A stretch of 24,655 nt of DNA. Origin: a virus (Duplodnaviria > Heunggongvirae > Uroviricota > Caudoviricetes). This document shows positions 10,001 to 18,640 of this stretch, piece by piece. Where the stretch lies: positions 64,001 through 88,655 of IMG/VR virus record IMGVR_UViG_3300021387_001267. One strand, given 5' to 3'. The stretch's first letter is position 1. The number at the start of each line of letters is the position of its first letter. A model generated the notes under the pieces. It did not search any database. It had not been told where the DNA came from and was given only the letters and a program-made list of their open reading frames with translations. The position numbers and the translations under genes are program-made.

Positions 10001-10022
10001 TTTGGGATTCTCCTTTCAATTT

Positions 10023-10068
10023 AAAAAAAGAGGGACTGCCAGCCCCCTTATTGCGTGCAGCCCCTCTT
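10023..10068 (-). terminator. Intrinsic terminator after the major tail gene
   Basis: Minus-strand AAGAGGGGCUGC / GCAGUCCCUCUU stem (12 bp, one G-U, 17-nt loop) running into a U tract. Confidence 0.7.
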
Positions 10069-10098
10069 GCATAATCGTTAGCTTACGATGCTAAATTA

Positions 10099-10908
10099 TC
10101 AGCTGAGAATATAATATGTTTTCTGAGGATCGTAAGTCGAGTCGGAGGTCGGTGCATAGATATAGTTACCCGCTGTTCCAGTGCGCTCATAATATGTCGT
10201 TCCGGCCGTAAATTCCGTGCCTTCAAATTCTACATATCCTCCGGACGCGCTCTGCATAATACTTACCACTTCGCCGGGCAGGGGCAGACGCGGATCGGCA
10301 TTCTCGGTTCCGTAAAGAACATTCTTGATTGCCGTCATCTGGGCCTCGGTCGCCTTTGTGGAATCGATCTCCATATGGGCGGTTGCTTTGTACTTTGCAC
10401 CGGAAATATCGATGGCAACAGGAATCGTATCGATTTCCCAGCTGAATTCAACAGCTTCAGGGCTGTCGTTAATCGTCTGATGGTCCTCTTCGGACGGAGA
10501 TGCGGTTGCGCCGTATACCAGATGAATGATATAGCCGTAGTTCTCGTACTGGCTGTCGTTGCCGACAGTAGTTACGCAGCTGAAGCCAAACGGTACACGT
10601 GGCTGCTGGCCGACAGTTACGCCGGGAAGCAGGCTGGCCTCGCCGTTGCATTCAGCAAACTCATCCGGATACATATAAGCACTGATTGTAGCTTTAAAGT
10701 TTTCAGTGCTGCGAATGGACAGATATTTAATATCGTCTGCATAGATATCATTGGCTTCCGCGCCATCGGGAGATTCTGTAAATCCCGTAAGGCCGTTCCA
10801 CGCAACTCCCTTCGGATATGCGCCATTGGTCTGTTTATACAGTACGCCATTCTTGACGCCGGTATGATAAATCCGTTCGCCAACCTGGTCCCATTTAAGA
10901 ATAGCCAT
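10099..10908 (-). CDS. Major tail (tube) protein with short C-terminal extension
   Basis: MAILKWDQVGERIYHTGVKNGVLY...GVAWNGLT...YADDIKY, IHLVYGATASPSE and FSWE. SD AGGAGG. Confidence 0.9.
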   Translation of the reverse strand: MAILKWDQVGERIYHTGVKNGVLYKQTNGAYPKGVAWNGLTGFTESPDGAEANDIYADDIKYLSIRSTENFKATISAYMYPDEFAECNGEASLLPGVTVGQQPRVPFGFSCVTTVGNDSQYENYGYIIHLVYGATASPSEEDHQTINDSPEAVEFSWEIDTIPVAIDISGAKYKATAHMEIDSTKATEAQMTAIKNVLYGTENADPRLPLPGEVVSIMQSASGGYVEFEGTEFTAGTTYYERTGTAGNYIYAPTSDSTYDPQKTYYILS

Positions 10909-10925
10909 AATGGTTTCCTCCTGGA

Positions 10926-11273
10926 TTAATAGTAAATCATGAAAACATCATGATGCAGATTGTCGGAAACGTAATGCCTCTGATACTGACAATACGGAAA
11001 TTTCCGCATGACCAGTTCGAGCATTTCCGGATCCGGTTCATCCTGATTGATGTATATGATCTGATACGCCGGGCGGAACTGATAGATCTTATCATTCGCC
11101 CTTGGCGTATAGATGTTTGTACGTTTGATGACAAAGCACGGAAAGGACATTCCAGTAAAAATATAAGCTTCGCCATCGTCTGTTCCGGCATCTGAGTCGG
11201 GCTGAAAGTACACCTTATCTGTGCCGAGCAGATCGCTAAGCTCCTGAATCAGAAGATCCGACCGTCGCTCCAT
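10926..11273 (-). CDS. Tail terminator / tail completion protein
   Basis: LLGTDKVYFQP, FPCFV and RHYVSDNLHHDVFMIYY. It lies just upstream of the major tail gene. Confidence 0.75.
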   Translation of the reverse strand: MERRSDLLIQELSDLLGTDKVYFQPDSDAGTDDGEAYIFTGMSFPCFVIKRTNIYTPRANDKIYQFRPAYQIIYINQDEPDPEMLELVMRKFPYCQYQRHYVSDNLHHDVFMIYY

Positions 11274-11577
11274 TGTAAACGCCCCCCAGTGTCAGAATAA
11301 GACGAGGATACTGCAGGGAAACGTCCGTAACTTTCCATGCAGTTCCCATCCATTTCACATATCGCAGTGATCCGGCATGACTGCGTGCATACGGATCTGC
11401 CAGAATGGAGATCTGCTGCTGCGCCGAAATGCTGTCGTTAACACTTTCGCCATTCTGGTATTTGATGGAGCGCTTAAGAACGTCTCCCGAATACAAATGC
11501 TCAATCGGCTGATGGGTTTTAACTCCTGGGCGCTTTGCCACAGACTCAACAAATCCGACAGGTCCGTAGAATTTCAC
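11236..11577 (-). CDS. Head closure (stopper) protein
   Basis: MKFYGPVGF...YSGDVLK...QISILADPYA...RYVKWMGTAWKVTDV...PRLILTLGGVYNG. GTG start; it directly follows the capsid gene. Confidence 0.75.
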   Translation of the reverse strand: MKFYGPVGFVESVAKRPGVKTHQPIEHLYSGDVLKRSIKYQNGESVNDSISAQQQISILADPYARSHAGSLRYVKWMGTAWKVTDVSLQYPRLILTLGGVYNGATVGSSDSGA

Positions 11578-11603
11578 GCAATCACTTCCGTTTTGAATTT
11601 AGA

Positions 11604-13559
11604 TTATGCAACTTCCTCTTCGAGAACGATGAAGCTGTAGATACGGGTATTCGCGCCAGAGACACGGGTCTCGATCAGGGACTTCAGCTGGTTGAAATCA
11701 ATGTCAAAGTCGGTGAAGTGGGTGATCTCGCCGCCCTTGGTTGCGCCGATGTTGTAGTCGTTCAGGTTGCCGATAATGGCAAGCAGACGATAGGTCTTAG
11801 CGGAAGCTCCCGAGCCCTCGGTGCGGGTCAGGTTCTCGAATTCGGGAACATTGTAAACAGCGTTCACGCCGAGTGTGGAGATGACTTCGCCCTTGTCCTT
11901 ATACAGACGGCGGCCATTCAGATCCTTCGCGAGCTGGATCTTATTGAAGAAGCGCTGAGCGCAGAACATATCCAGGTTGCCGCTTCCGCGGTAGTCGATC
12001 ATGGCGTCAAGAATGGTCTCCTCAACAGCCTGGGCATACACATAGTTGGCGCCGAAGCCGGGGTCGTTTTCCGCAGCAGTAGCAGAGACAACCTTGCGGA
12101 TAGTGAAGATCTGGTTATCGGTCCAGATAGGACGAATACGCTCTTCATTGATCTTGTCATCGGACGCGGCATCGCGGCCGTCACCGATCAGAATCGCGCG
12201 GGCCAGTTCCTTCTCGAGCTGCATGCGGTCGATCTTGTACTGGTAATCGACATAGTCGAAATCAGTGATATCAACGACATCATCACGGTTCAGAGCACTC
12301 TTTGCATAAATGGTCTGAGGCTCAGTGGTACGCTTGGCAACGGTGTAGTTGTCAGCAAGGGTCTTCTCCTTACCCTTCTGGTAGCCCTTGGCGCGGATAC
12401 CTTCGATCTCGCGCAGGTCGACCTGAGAGGTGCGAATGCGGCTGAACGGGCTGCGATGAACCTTATTCAGGACAGCCTTTACCCATGCCTGGTCATTGGT
12501 AACGAGCTCGGGGGCGCCGGGGCGAACGTCATGCCACTCGGGGAACAGGGCGTCAACACCGGCGGGAGTCTGACCGGAGGGATAAGAGGTAAAGCCGCTG
12601 ACCGGAGCCAGACCGTCATGGGACAGACTGTTCTCTTCAGCATAGGCGTCGATGGCACCCTTCAGGGTACCGAGTTTCTTGGCATTGGCAATAATCTGCT
12701 CTTCATCCGCATGGGACAGATAGGCGGCATTGTTCATTTCAGGGGCTTCAAAAGCATTGTACTGCATGGTATTTCCTCCTTCGGAATGCTCTACGGCATC
12801 CTCTTTCTCTTCTTTTTCATCCGAATCGGCATTCTTGCCGTTCTTCTCTTCTTGCTTCACATAGCCGATAACGGTCGCAACCGCCATCTTCTGTTCATCA
12901 TTCAGACCATCGAGAATCTCTCCGATGGTCTTACTGGACTCGGTCTTTTTCTCGTCCATTTCGGTTTTCTCCTTTTTCTCAGAAGCATTTTGATCATCGG
13001 ATTTCTCTTCCGGCGTCTTATCTTCCGTTCCTTTCAGCTCGTCACGGATATCGTCAAGACTCATTTCATCATCATCCTTGTCGGAATGCGCCAGCGTAAA
13101 CTCATCGCCCATCCAGATGTATGCTTCGGTCATGTCCTCTTCGGTATCATCACCATGTGCAAGAACCGGATACTCGATGCAGGCTTTTCGATTGGCACCC
13201 GCCAGAACAAGGCTGACTTCCTTGATGGAGCCGTGAAGAACGTCCCCGCCTTTCTGAATGAGCTGATTGGCCCAGATGCTCAGCGAAGTAATGTCACCGT
13301 GCTTAATGGCTTCTTTGCTGTACTTGGCCATCGGCGTATCATTCAGATAACCGTAAAAATAAACGCCCTCGGGACGGGATTCGAGAAATCCGTGTCCGAG
13401 GACGGCTTCGGGGCTGTCATGCTGATGTCCCCAAATTAGGGGAACCTTTTTTCCGTCATCTTCTCTGAATGCATCCTGACGGATCGTGCGGCCATCGCTG
13501 CAGAGAACATCGTTTCTCGTAGCCCAGCCGCGAAAATCGCAATCGTCATACTTGCTCAT
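11604..13559 (-). CDS. Prohead serine protease + acidic scaffold-like linker + HK97-fold major capsid protein (fusion ORF)
   Basis: N-terminal protease (DFRGWAT, VPLIWGHQH, VLGH, SLSI, EVSLVLAGAN), then an Asp/Glu/Lys-rich linker, then the capsid region (ELARAILIGDGR, YNIGATKGG, IETRVSGA). It follows the portal gene. Confidence 0.92.
   Translation of the reverse strand: MSKYDDCDFRGWATRNDVLCSDGRTIRQDAFREDDGKKVPLIWGHQHDSPEAVLGHGFLESRPEGVYFYGYLNDTPMAKYSKEAIKHGDITSLSIWANQLIQKGGDVLHGSIKEVSLVLAGANRKACIEYPVLAHGDDTEEDMTEAYIWMGDEFTLAHSDKDDDEMSLDDIRDELKGTEDKTPEEKSDDQNASEKKEKTEMDEKKTESSKTIGEILDGLNDEQKMAVATVIGYVKQEEKNGKNADSDEKEEKEDAVEHSEGGNTMQYNAFEAPEMNNAAYLSHADEEQIIANAKKLGTLKGAIDAYAEENSLSHDGLAPVSGFTSYPSGQTPAGVDALFPEWHDVRPGAPELVTNDQAWVKAVLNKVHRSPFSRIRTSQVDLREIEGIRAKGYQKGKEKTLADNYTVAKRTTEPQTIYAKSALNRDDVVDITDFDYVDYQYKIDRMQLEKELARAILIGDGRDAASDDKINEERIRPIWTDNQIFTIRKVVSATAAENDPGFGANYVYAQAVEETILDAMIDYRGSGNLDMFCAQRFFNKIQLAKDLNGRRLYKDKGEVISTLGVNAVYNVPEFENLTRTEGSGASAKTYRLLAIIGNLNDYNIGATKGGEITHFTDFDIDFNQLKSLIETRVSGANTRIYSFIVLEEEVA
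12765..12782 (-). promoter_or_regulatory. Internal in-frame RBS and ATG for a stand-alone capsid protein (12767 to 11604, 387 aa)
   Basis: GAAGGAGG-AAATACC-ATG at codon 265 (MQYNAFE): a perfect SD with a 7-nt spacer. Confidence 0.65.
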
Positions 13560-13592
13560 TGCTGTATGGCCTCCTATATTGTCTGAATAAGA

Positions 13593-14906
13593 TCATCCCT
13601 GCTCAAGCTGCTGCAGGGTCTCTGCTTCTTCCGGACTGAGTCCGAGAGCTTTTGCCTCTTCAGGCGTTGTCACGCCTTCTGTTGGAATCCCGGCGGCATC
13701 TGTCATTCCTGCCGCCTGTACGTTGGACTGGTTCAGGTTCTTGTTCCTGAGTTCGTCCGCACCCGGCTGGTCGGAAGGCTTCAGACCGCACTTGACACGG
13801 AATTCATTGGAGGACATGATCTCATTTCTGGTAAATTTATCTGCCATATCGGCAATCTTGCTGACCGGCATCAGACGGAACGGATCCTTGAAGAACATGA
13901 TCGACTGGCCGCGAGCTCTCTCTTGCTTGGAGATCCACTTGCGCTTCAGTTCATCGACCAATGCTGTTACAAGTGGTTCAATCACATCGTTCAGATAGTT
14001 ATTCTTTGCGACGTCGTCAGCGCTGCCGTTCAGAATTTCCGGACTGATTCCGATCTGGTCCAGCAGCTGTTTGGTCAGCGACTCGATCTGCGGAACCAGA
14101 TTGTTATCCAGAGATCGGTTCAGCTGAATAACGTGCTCGGTAGAATCGATATAGGCAATTCCGTATTTGGAGCCAGCAAGCTGAAACTCAATATCTTTCC
14201 TGCGCTCATCGGCCTGCTCTTTGCGGACCGTAGAACGGGTAGAGTATGGCAGCTGAATAATCAGATCCAGTTTCCCGGCAGTCGTTTGGGCATCCAGCTC
14301 ATCCAGCATGGCCAGTTTTTGTCTCAGACGCATCAGGACAGAGTTCGGAGCATTCATGATCTCATAAAATGGATTTTGAACGATTGAGCACATGCTTTTA
14401 GGCTGGCGGATGGTCTTTCGCTGCCCACTTCGGTCGTCATAGACTTCAACTTCAACGTGCCTAGGGTACCATTGAAGAATCTTGCCGACTCTGACACTCT
14501 GGAATGAATTAACGGTCCAGTTTGTCGGATCAACGTCAGCATCGATCGGGCAGATGGCGATATAACCTTCATCAAGCAGCGACATGTAGACATCCTGCCG
14601 GAATGCCCTTGCTGACTGATCGATATTGGCTTCGACGGTCAGAATCTCATTCAGGCTGTCTGCAATGTCCTCTTTATAGCGCCCTTCTTCATCGAGCCGG
14701 ACGTGTTTTAGTTCAATGCTCGAGGCATCGACAGAAATTCGATTCAGTAGAGGGGCAATAATGCTTCGTTCGCTTCCTCTGCGGAGTCTCCGCCGATCTG
14801 GAGGGGAATAGGATCCATATCCAGTTGAAAATTCAGGCCGCGTCGTCGGATCTTTGTTCCGGAAAGCATTCCAGGCTTTCACAATCCGTTCACCAAAACT
14901 GGGCAC
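13593..14906 (-). CDS. Portal protein
   Basis: AWNAFRNKDP, NRISVDAS, EANIDQSARAF, GKLDLIIQLPY, GSKYGIAY and KFTRNEIMSSNEFR. The likely start is GTG 14906, 10 nt after AAGGAG (track gives 14915). Confidence 0.93.
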   Translation of the reverse strand: MPSFGERIVKAWNAFRNKDPTTRPEFSTGYGSYSPPDRRRLRRGSERSIIAPLLNRISVDASSIELKHVRLDEEGRYKEDIADSLNEILTVEANIDQSARAFRQDVYMSLLDEGYIAICPIDADVDPTNWTVNSFQSVRVGKILQWYPRHVEVEVYDDRSGQRKTIRQPKSMCSIVQNPFYEIMNAPNSVLMRLRQKLAMLDELDAQTTAGKLDLIIQLPYSTRSTVRKEQADERRKDIEFQLAGSKYGIAYIDSTEHVIQLNRSLDNNLVPQIESLTKQLLDQIGISPEILNGSADDVAKNNYLNDVIEPLVTALVDELKRKWISKQERARGQSIMFFKDPFRLMPVSKIADMADKFTRNEIMSSNEFRVKCGLKPSDQPGADELRNKNLNQSNVQAAGMTDAAGIPTEGVTTPEEAKALGLSPEEAETLQQLEQG

Positions 14907-14921
14907 TGGAATCACTCTCCT

Positions 14922-16031
14922 TTACATGTAAGTCTTCTGATAATATTCAATAATGGCATTAAGCTCTTCAATGCCATTTTCATAGTATTTTTTCGTACTA
15001 GCAAGAGATGCTTCGGAACGTGCTATTTCTTTTTCAAGGCTTTTTCGATCCTCATTCAGTTTTGCAATTTCCGAGCGCAGAGTCTTGGGCGCGGTTCGTG
15101 AATCCTTGCTATCCTGATACTCTTGAACCTTTTTATTAGTCTCTTCAAGAGCTTCTTTATCTCTTGCAATCTGAAATTCAAGGTCTTTTGCATTGGCGCG
15201 TATCTTGTCAAGATCGGCCGCGTAAGTCTGCATCGCACTTTTTATGTATTTCTGTGCGTAATCATTTCCCATGGCAGTTTTGCCACCTAACGCAGTAGCA
15301 ATAGCATTAAGGTCAATCTCCTTCTGCCCTGGTATAACCTCGCGTATTTTACTCCAGCCTTCTTTTACTGACCCGGCTACATTTTTCCGATGACTCGTAA
15401 GTCCATGAGCACTGAGATCTTCTTTTGCTCCTGTGCCTTCGACATCTTTTTTCGATTCCGCTGTACCTTGAGATTTATCAGCAAGAAGAACAAGGTCATC
15501 TTTTTTAACTTTATCAAGTTGAGCTTGATTCTTCTTGGGGTTTGAGCTAAGCGTAAGTGGTGCATGAGGAGCCGTACGGGTTTCAGAATTCTTTGTTCTT
15601 GTAGAATTTTTAATCTGCCCTTGTGCTTCTTTAGCAGCTCTTTTAACCTCAGATGCCGCTCTCCCTGCTGTCTGCTTAACGGTCTTTGCAGCAGCCTGGA
15701 CACCTGTCTGCGCTTCTTTTGCAATTCGCAGTGAACTGGACTGTGCTCTTTGAGAGGCTTCTCGTACTTTAGTTTTTACCGTATTTGCAGTCTCAGAATT
15801 GAGCTGCATCTTCTTTGCAACTTCCTGCCCGGCAGTCTTAATGTTCTGTCCGGTCTGCTGCGCAGTTTTCGCAACATTCTGCAGATAGCGTTTCAGCTCA
15901 TCCGGAGTGTAAAAATATAAAGCACCGATGCCCTTGCCGATTTTCTTGATGTATTTATGGTTTTTCCATTCAACTCCATGGCAGAGGTAGTAATTGCCAT
16001 GTGCATCTTTTTCGATGGTGTAATCCTGCAA
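14922..16031 (-). CDS. Hypothetical Lys/Ala/Gln-rich coiled-coil protein between terL and portal (candidate virion-internal protein)
   Basis: Likely TTG start at 16031 after AAGGGGG. Contains YLCHG, a KYIKKI...YFY...ELKRY motif shared with two upstream proteins, amphipathic repeats and a C-terminal coiled coil. Confidence 0.75.
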   Translation of the reverse strand: MQDYTIEKDAHGNYYLCHGVEWKNHKYIKKIGKGIGALYFYTPDELKRYLQNVAKTAQQTGQNIKTAGQEVAKKMQLNSETANTVKTKVREASQRAQSSSLRIAKEAQTGVQAAAKTVKQTAGRAASEVKRAAKEAQGQIKNSTRTKNSETRTAPHAPLTLSSNPKKNQAQLDKVKKDDLVLLADKSQGTAESKKDVEGTGAKEDLSAHGLTSHRKNVAGSVKEGWSKIREVIPGQKEIDLNAIATALGGKTAMGNDYAQKYIKSAMQTYAADLDKIRANAKDLEFQIARDKEALEETNKKVQEYQDSKDSRTAPKTLRSEIAKLNEDRKSLEKEIARSEASLASTKKYYENGIEELNAIIEYYQKTYM

Positions 16032-16074
16032 TTCGCATTCCCCCTTCCAGAAATGGTGGAATATGCATTTTGAT

Positions 16075-17820
16075 TCAGTCGAACTCCTCTTTGTTGGCCT
16101 TGTAGGCAACATAGGCGTCCATCATGGCAGAGACGTTGTCGATCTTCTGTTCTCTGCGCCGTTTCAGAAGTTTCTTGTTTCCGTTGCTGTCAAACTCAAC
16201 AACGCAGTTTCCCATACAGAACTTCATGATTTCTTCGTCAAATAAAAGCATCCGTTCCTCTGCAAGAATACGAAGTTCTCCAAGAGGGACGGATTCCGTT
16301 TTGGCGCCCTGTATGACTTTTTCAATTCCGGTCGGTCCAAAGTCGACTTCCCACTGCTCACGGAAGACCTGCGCATTATACGGGTCATAACCGAAGCAGC
16401 GGACGTCGTAATTCATCTTGGTAATAAACTGGAACAGATCCTCGTAAACCTGCCCGATGTCCAGAATCTTGCTGTCCATGATGATAAGACTTCCCTCACG
16501 AAGAAACTCTTCGTACTTATCTCTCATGGCCTTCGACAGCCGGTGAAAAGTATAGGAAGTGATGTAGCTTCTCGCCTTAACGCCGAAGCTTCCATCAGTA
16601 AGCGGAAATAGAAATGTAAATGCGCAGAAGTCGTCTCCCTGTGAAAGGTCGGCGCCCATGGCGCAGGGAAGTCCATTGAAGTACTGCGGTCGATGCAGCA
16701 GAGTCTGCTGGTACGTAAAGAATACGGTGTAGCCTTCGCACGGAATTCCGAATCGCTTTGCCAGGATGTCATTCTTCGCAGCAGGGGCATTTTCCGCACG
16801 CTCAACATCCAGTTGATATGTCTCATAGGATACGGTCTTTCCGAGATTCGGATTGGCTTTCATCCATTTGGACGGATCTCCGACTTCTTTCTCGTCGTCC
16901 AGCCGGTACCACCAGATCGAGACGTGCGGCTGCTGGTACTTCCCTTTCAGGATGTCCATCAGTTCCATTTTGATCGTATCGCCGGGTCCATTTCGGATAG
17001 TTCCTTCGGAACTGGTTGCAACAATCAGCCAGTCATCAACCTTTGAAGCACCCTGCTCGATAGCACCGACAACGTCTTCGCGTACAACGCCCGAAAGCCA
17101 TTCGTCAACCGTCGCGTACTTGCATCTGGCACCCTGAAGCTTATCGATTCGCATCGGTCTGCTTTCGATAATGGAGTTCGTCAGGAAGTTTTCAATCCCC
17201 TTCTTGGTCGAGGTGAGCTTCATACGGTCGGCCTTGCTGCCTGTTGTATTCTGCAGAGAACCCTCTGTCAGAAACTGAAACAACGGGCCTCTCGCTCTGC
17301 TGATGGCGGTCTTCAACGGCAGTGTTGTTTCCTCCGACTGTCGTACCGTCGGAGCTGTTACAATCTGATCAGTGGTTGTTACATCGCAGACCAATCCGTA
17401 GGCCTGAATACAGGTGTCATAAAGGCTCTTTGCTGCGCCTCGTCCGACGATCAGATACTGCTTGTTGATCAGCCGTTTCTTGATCCTCTTAGTAACATAG
17501 CGCCCGCCATGTCCATCCGGATATGGTTCCCAGACACTGCGTTCAATAAAGTAATACCATCCGAAAATCTGTTCGCCCCAGAGTTTGAAACTGTCCAGAA
17601 GTGTCAGATCTCCGCCGTCTGTCAGGGTTAATTCATTCTCGCAGAAACGAATCCATCGTTCTGTCGCTTCATCGTCGTACCAGATGTCCGGATCACGGAT
17701 CAGTTTGTCGATACGGTTCATTTCCATCGAGATCTCCTGACAGACCGGGATCTCATTACGCAGAACGGCGTCTCGAAATGCGCCGTAATACTTTGGTACG
17801 GCGGTATTCGATAACGCCAT
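16075..17820 (-). CDS. terL: Terminase large subunit
   Basis: Walker A region QYLIVGRGAAKS, Walker B ATVDEW, nuclease motifs GADLSQGDDF and KIDNVSAMMDA. N-terminus MALSNTAVPKYYG. Confidence 0.96.
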   Translation of the reverse strand: MALSNTAVPKYYGAFRDAVLRNEIPVCQEISMEMNRIDKLIRDPDIWYDDEATERWIRFCENELTLTDGGDLTLLDSFKLWGEQIFGWYYFIERSVWEPYPDGHGGRYVTKRIKKRLINKQYLIVGRGAAKSLYDTCIQAYGLVCDVTTTDQIVTAPTVRQSEETTLPLKTAISRARGPLFQFLTEGSLQNTTGSKADRMKLTSTKKGIENFLTNSIIESRPMRIDKLQGARCKYATVDEWLSGVVREDVVGAIEQGASKVDDWLIVATSSEGTIRNGPGDTIKMELMDILKGKYQQPHVSIWWYRLDDEKEVGDPSKWMKANPNLGKTVSYETYQLDVERAENAPAAKNDILAKRFGIPCEGYTVFFTYQQTLLHRPQYFNGLPCAMGADLSQGDDFCAFTFLFPLTDGSFGVKARSYITSYTFHRLSKAMRDKYEEFLREGSLIIMDSKILDIGQVYEDLFQFITKMNYDVRCFGYDPYNAQVFREQWEVDFGPTGIEKVIQGAKTESVPLGELRILAEERMLLFDEEIMKFCMGNCVVEFDSNGNKKLLKRRREQKIDNVSAMMDAYVAYKANKEEFD

Positions 17821-17833
17821 TTTGATTTACTCC

Positions 17834-18640
17834 TTAGAGTTCTTTAAGCTTGTCGCGCCCGTTTTCCCAATAGTCCATTGGGTCCGAAAGATACTTTGCA
17901 TACTCAGTAAGCAATGACTTCTTATCATTCTTGTCCAGAATTACAGAGTTCTGAACGGCTTCTAGGAAGTTAATATCCCAGCGATCATTATCACGGGCGT
18001 TAGTCCAATAGTGCTCTTTAAGATCTTTCTCTTCATCAGTCTTGGAACTGCTGCGCATCTTCTTATATGCATCGTCAAGATCCTTGTCGGTAGCTCCAGA
18101 CTTTCCATCTTTGTAAGCTTTCAGCTCAGACTTGTCGTAGAAATATCTGGTGTCTCCAGATGAAGTTTTAACTTTTTCAAGATACTCCGGATCTTTAAGG
18201 CCTTTCTGCACTGGTTCATCGGCGTCATTAGGGATTTCGGTTGTCGCGCTGGCATCTGCCGCTTCTGAAACACCCTTATCGATTTTAGCTTTTAAAACCT
18301 CGTCGCCTAGCGACTCTTTAAATTTTTCAAACTCAGCCTTCGCACGCTCCGATTTTGCGTGAAGAGAATTAATCTTCCGCATTTTTTTATCATAGGCATA
18401 GATTCCTATGTCGTTCCAGCGCATTGCTCGACTTGGGGTATTAACAACTGCTTTCTTATATTTGTCTTCTGCATCTTTGGCGCGCTGCTCTAATTTGCGG
18501 TATCGCGCTTTACCGGCTTCGGTAAGCGTTCCGTCATAATTCTGGAATCGCCTTTTTCCCCACTCCTGACCAAGGATGCCGTAATGTGCAAGGTACTCAT
18601 CGTTCGGAACGAGTTCGGTTCCGGTATACACATAGCTCAT
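17834..18640 (-). CDS. Hypothetical protein with YLAHYGILGQEWG...YDGTLT motif
   Basis: 268-aa ORF with SD GGAGG and ATG overlapping the upstream stop. Paralogous motifs are shared with 18637-20109. Confidence 0.8.
   Translation of the reverse strand: MSYVYTGTELVPNDEYLAHYGILGQEWGKRRFQNYDGTLTEAGKARYRKLEQRAKDAEDKYKKAVVNTPSRAMRWNDIGIYAYDKKMRKINSLHAKSERAKAEFEKFKESLGDEVLKAKIDKGVSEAADASATTEIPNDADEPVQKGLKDPEYLEKVKTSSGDTRYFYDKSELKAYKDGKSGATDKDLDDAYKKMRSSSKTDEEKDLKEHYWTNARDNDRWDINFLEAVQNSVILDKNDKKSLLTEYAKYLSDPMDYWENGRDKLKEL

Noticed and set aside
11535-13439. 634-aa plus-strand ORF
   Set aside because: It is the antisense shadow of the codon-biased capsid gene, with no recognisable motifs or RBS.
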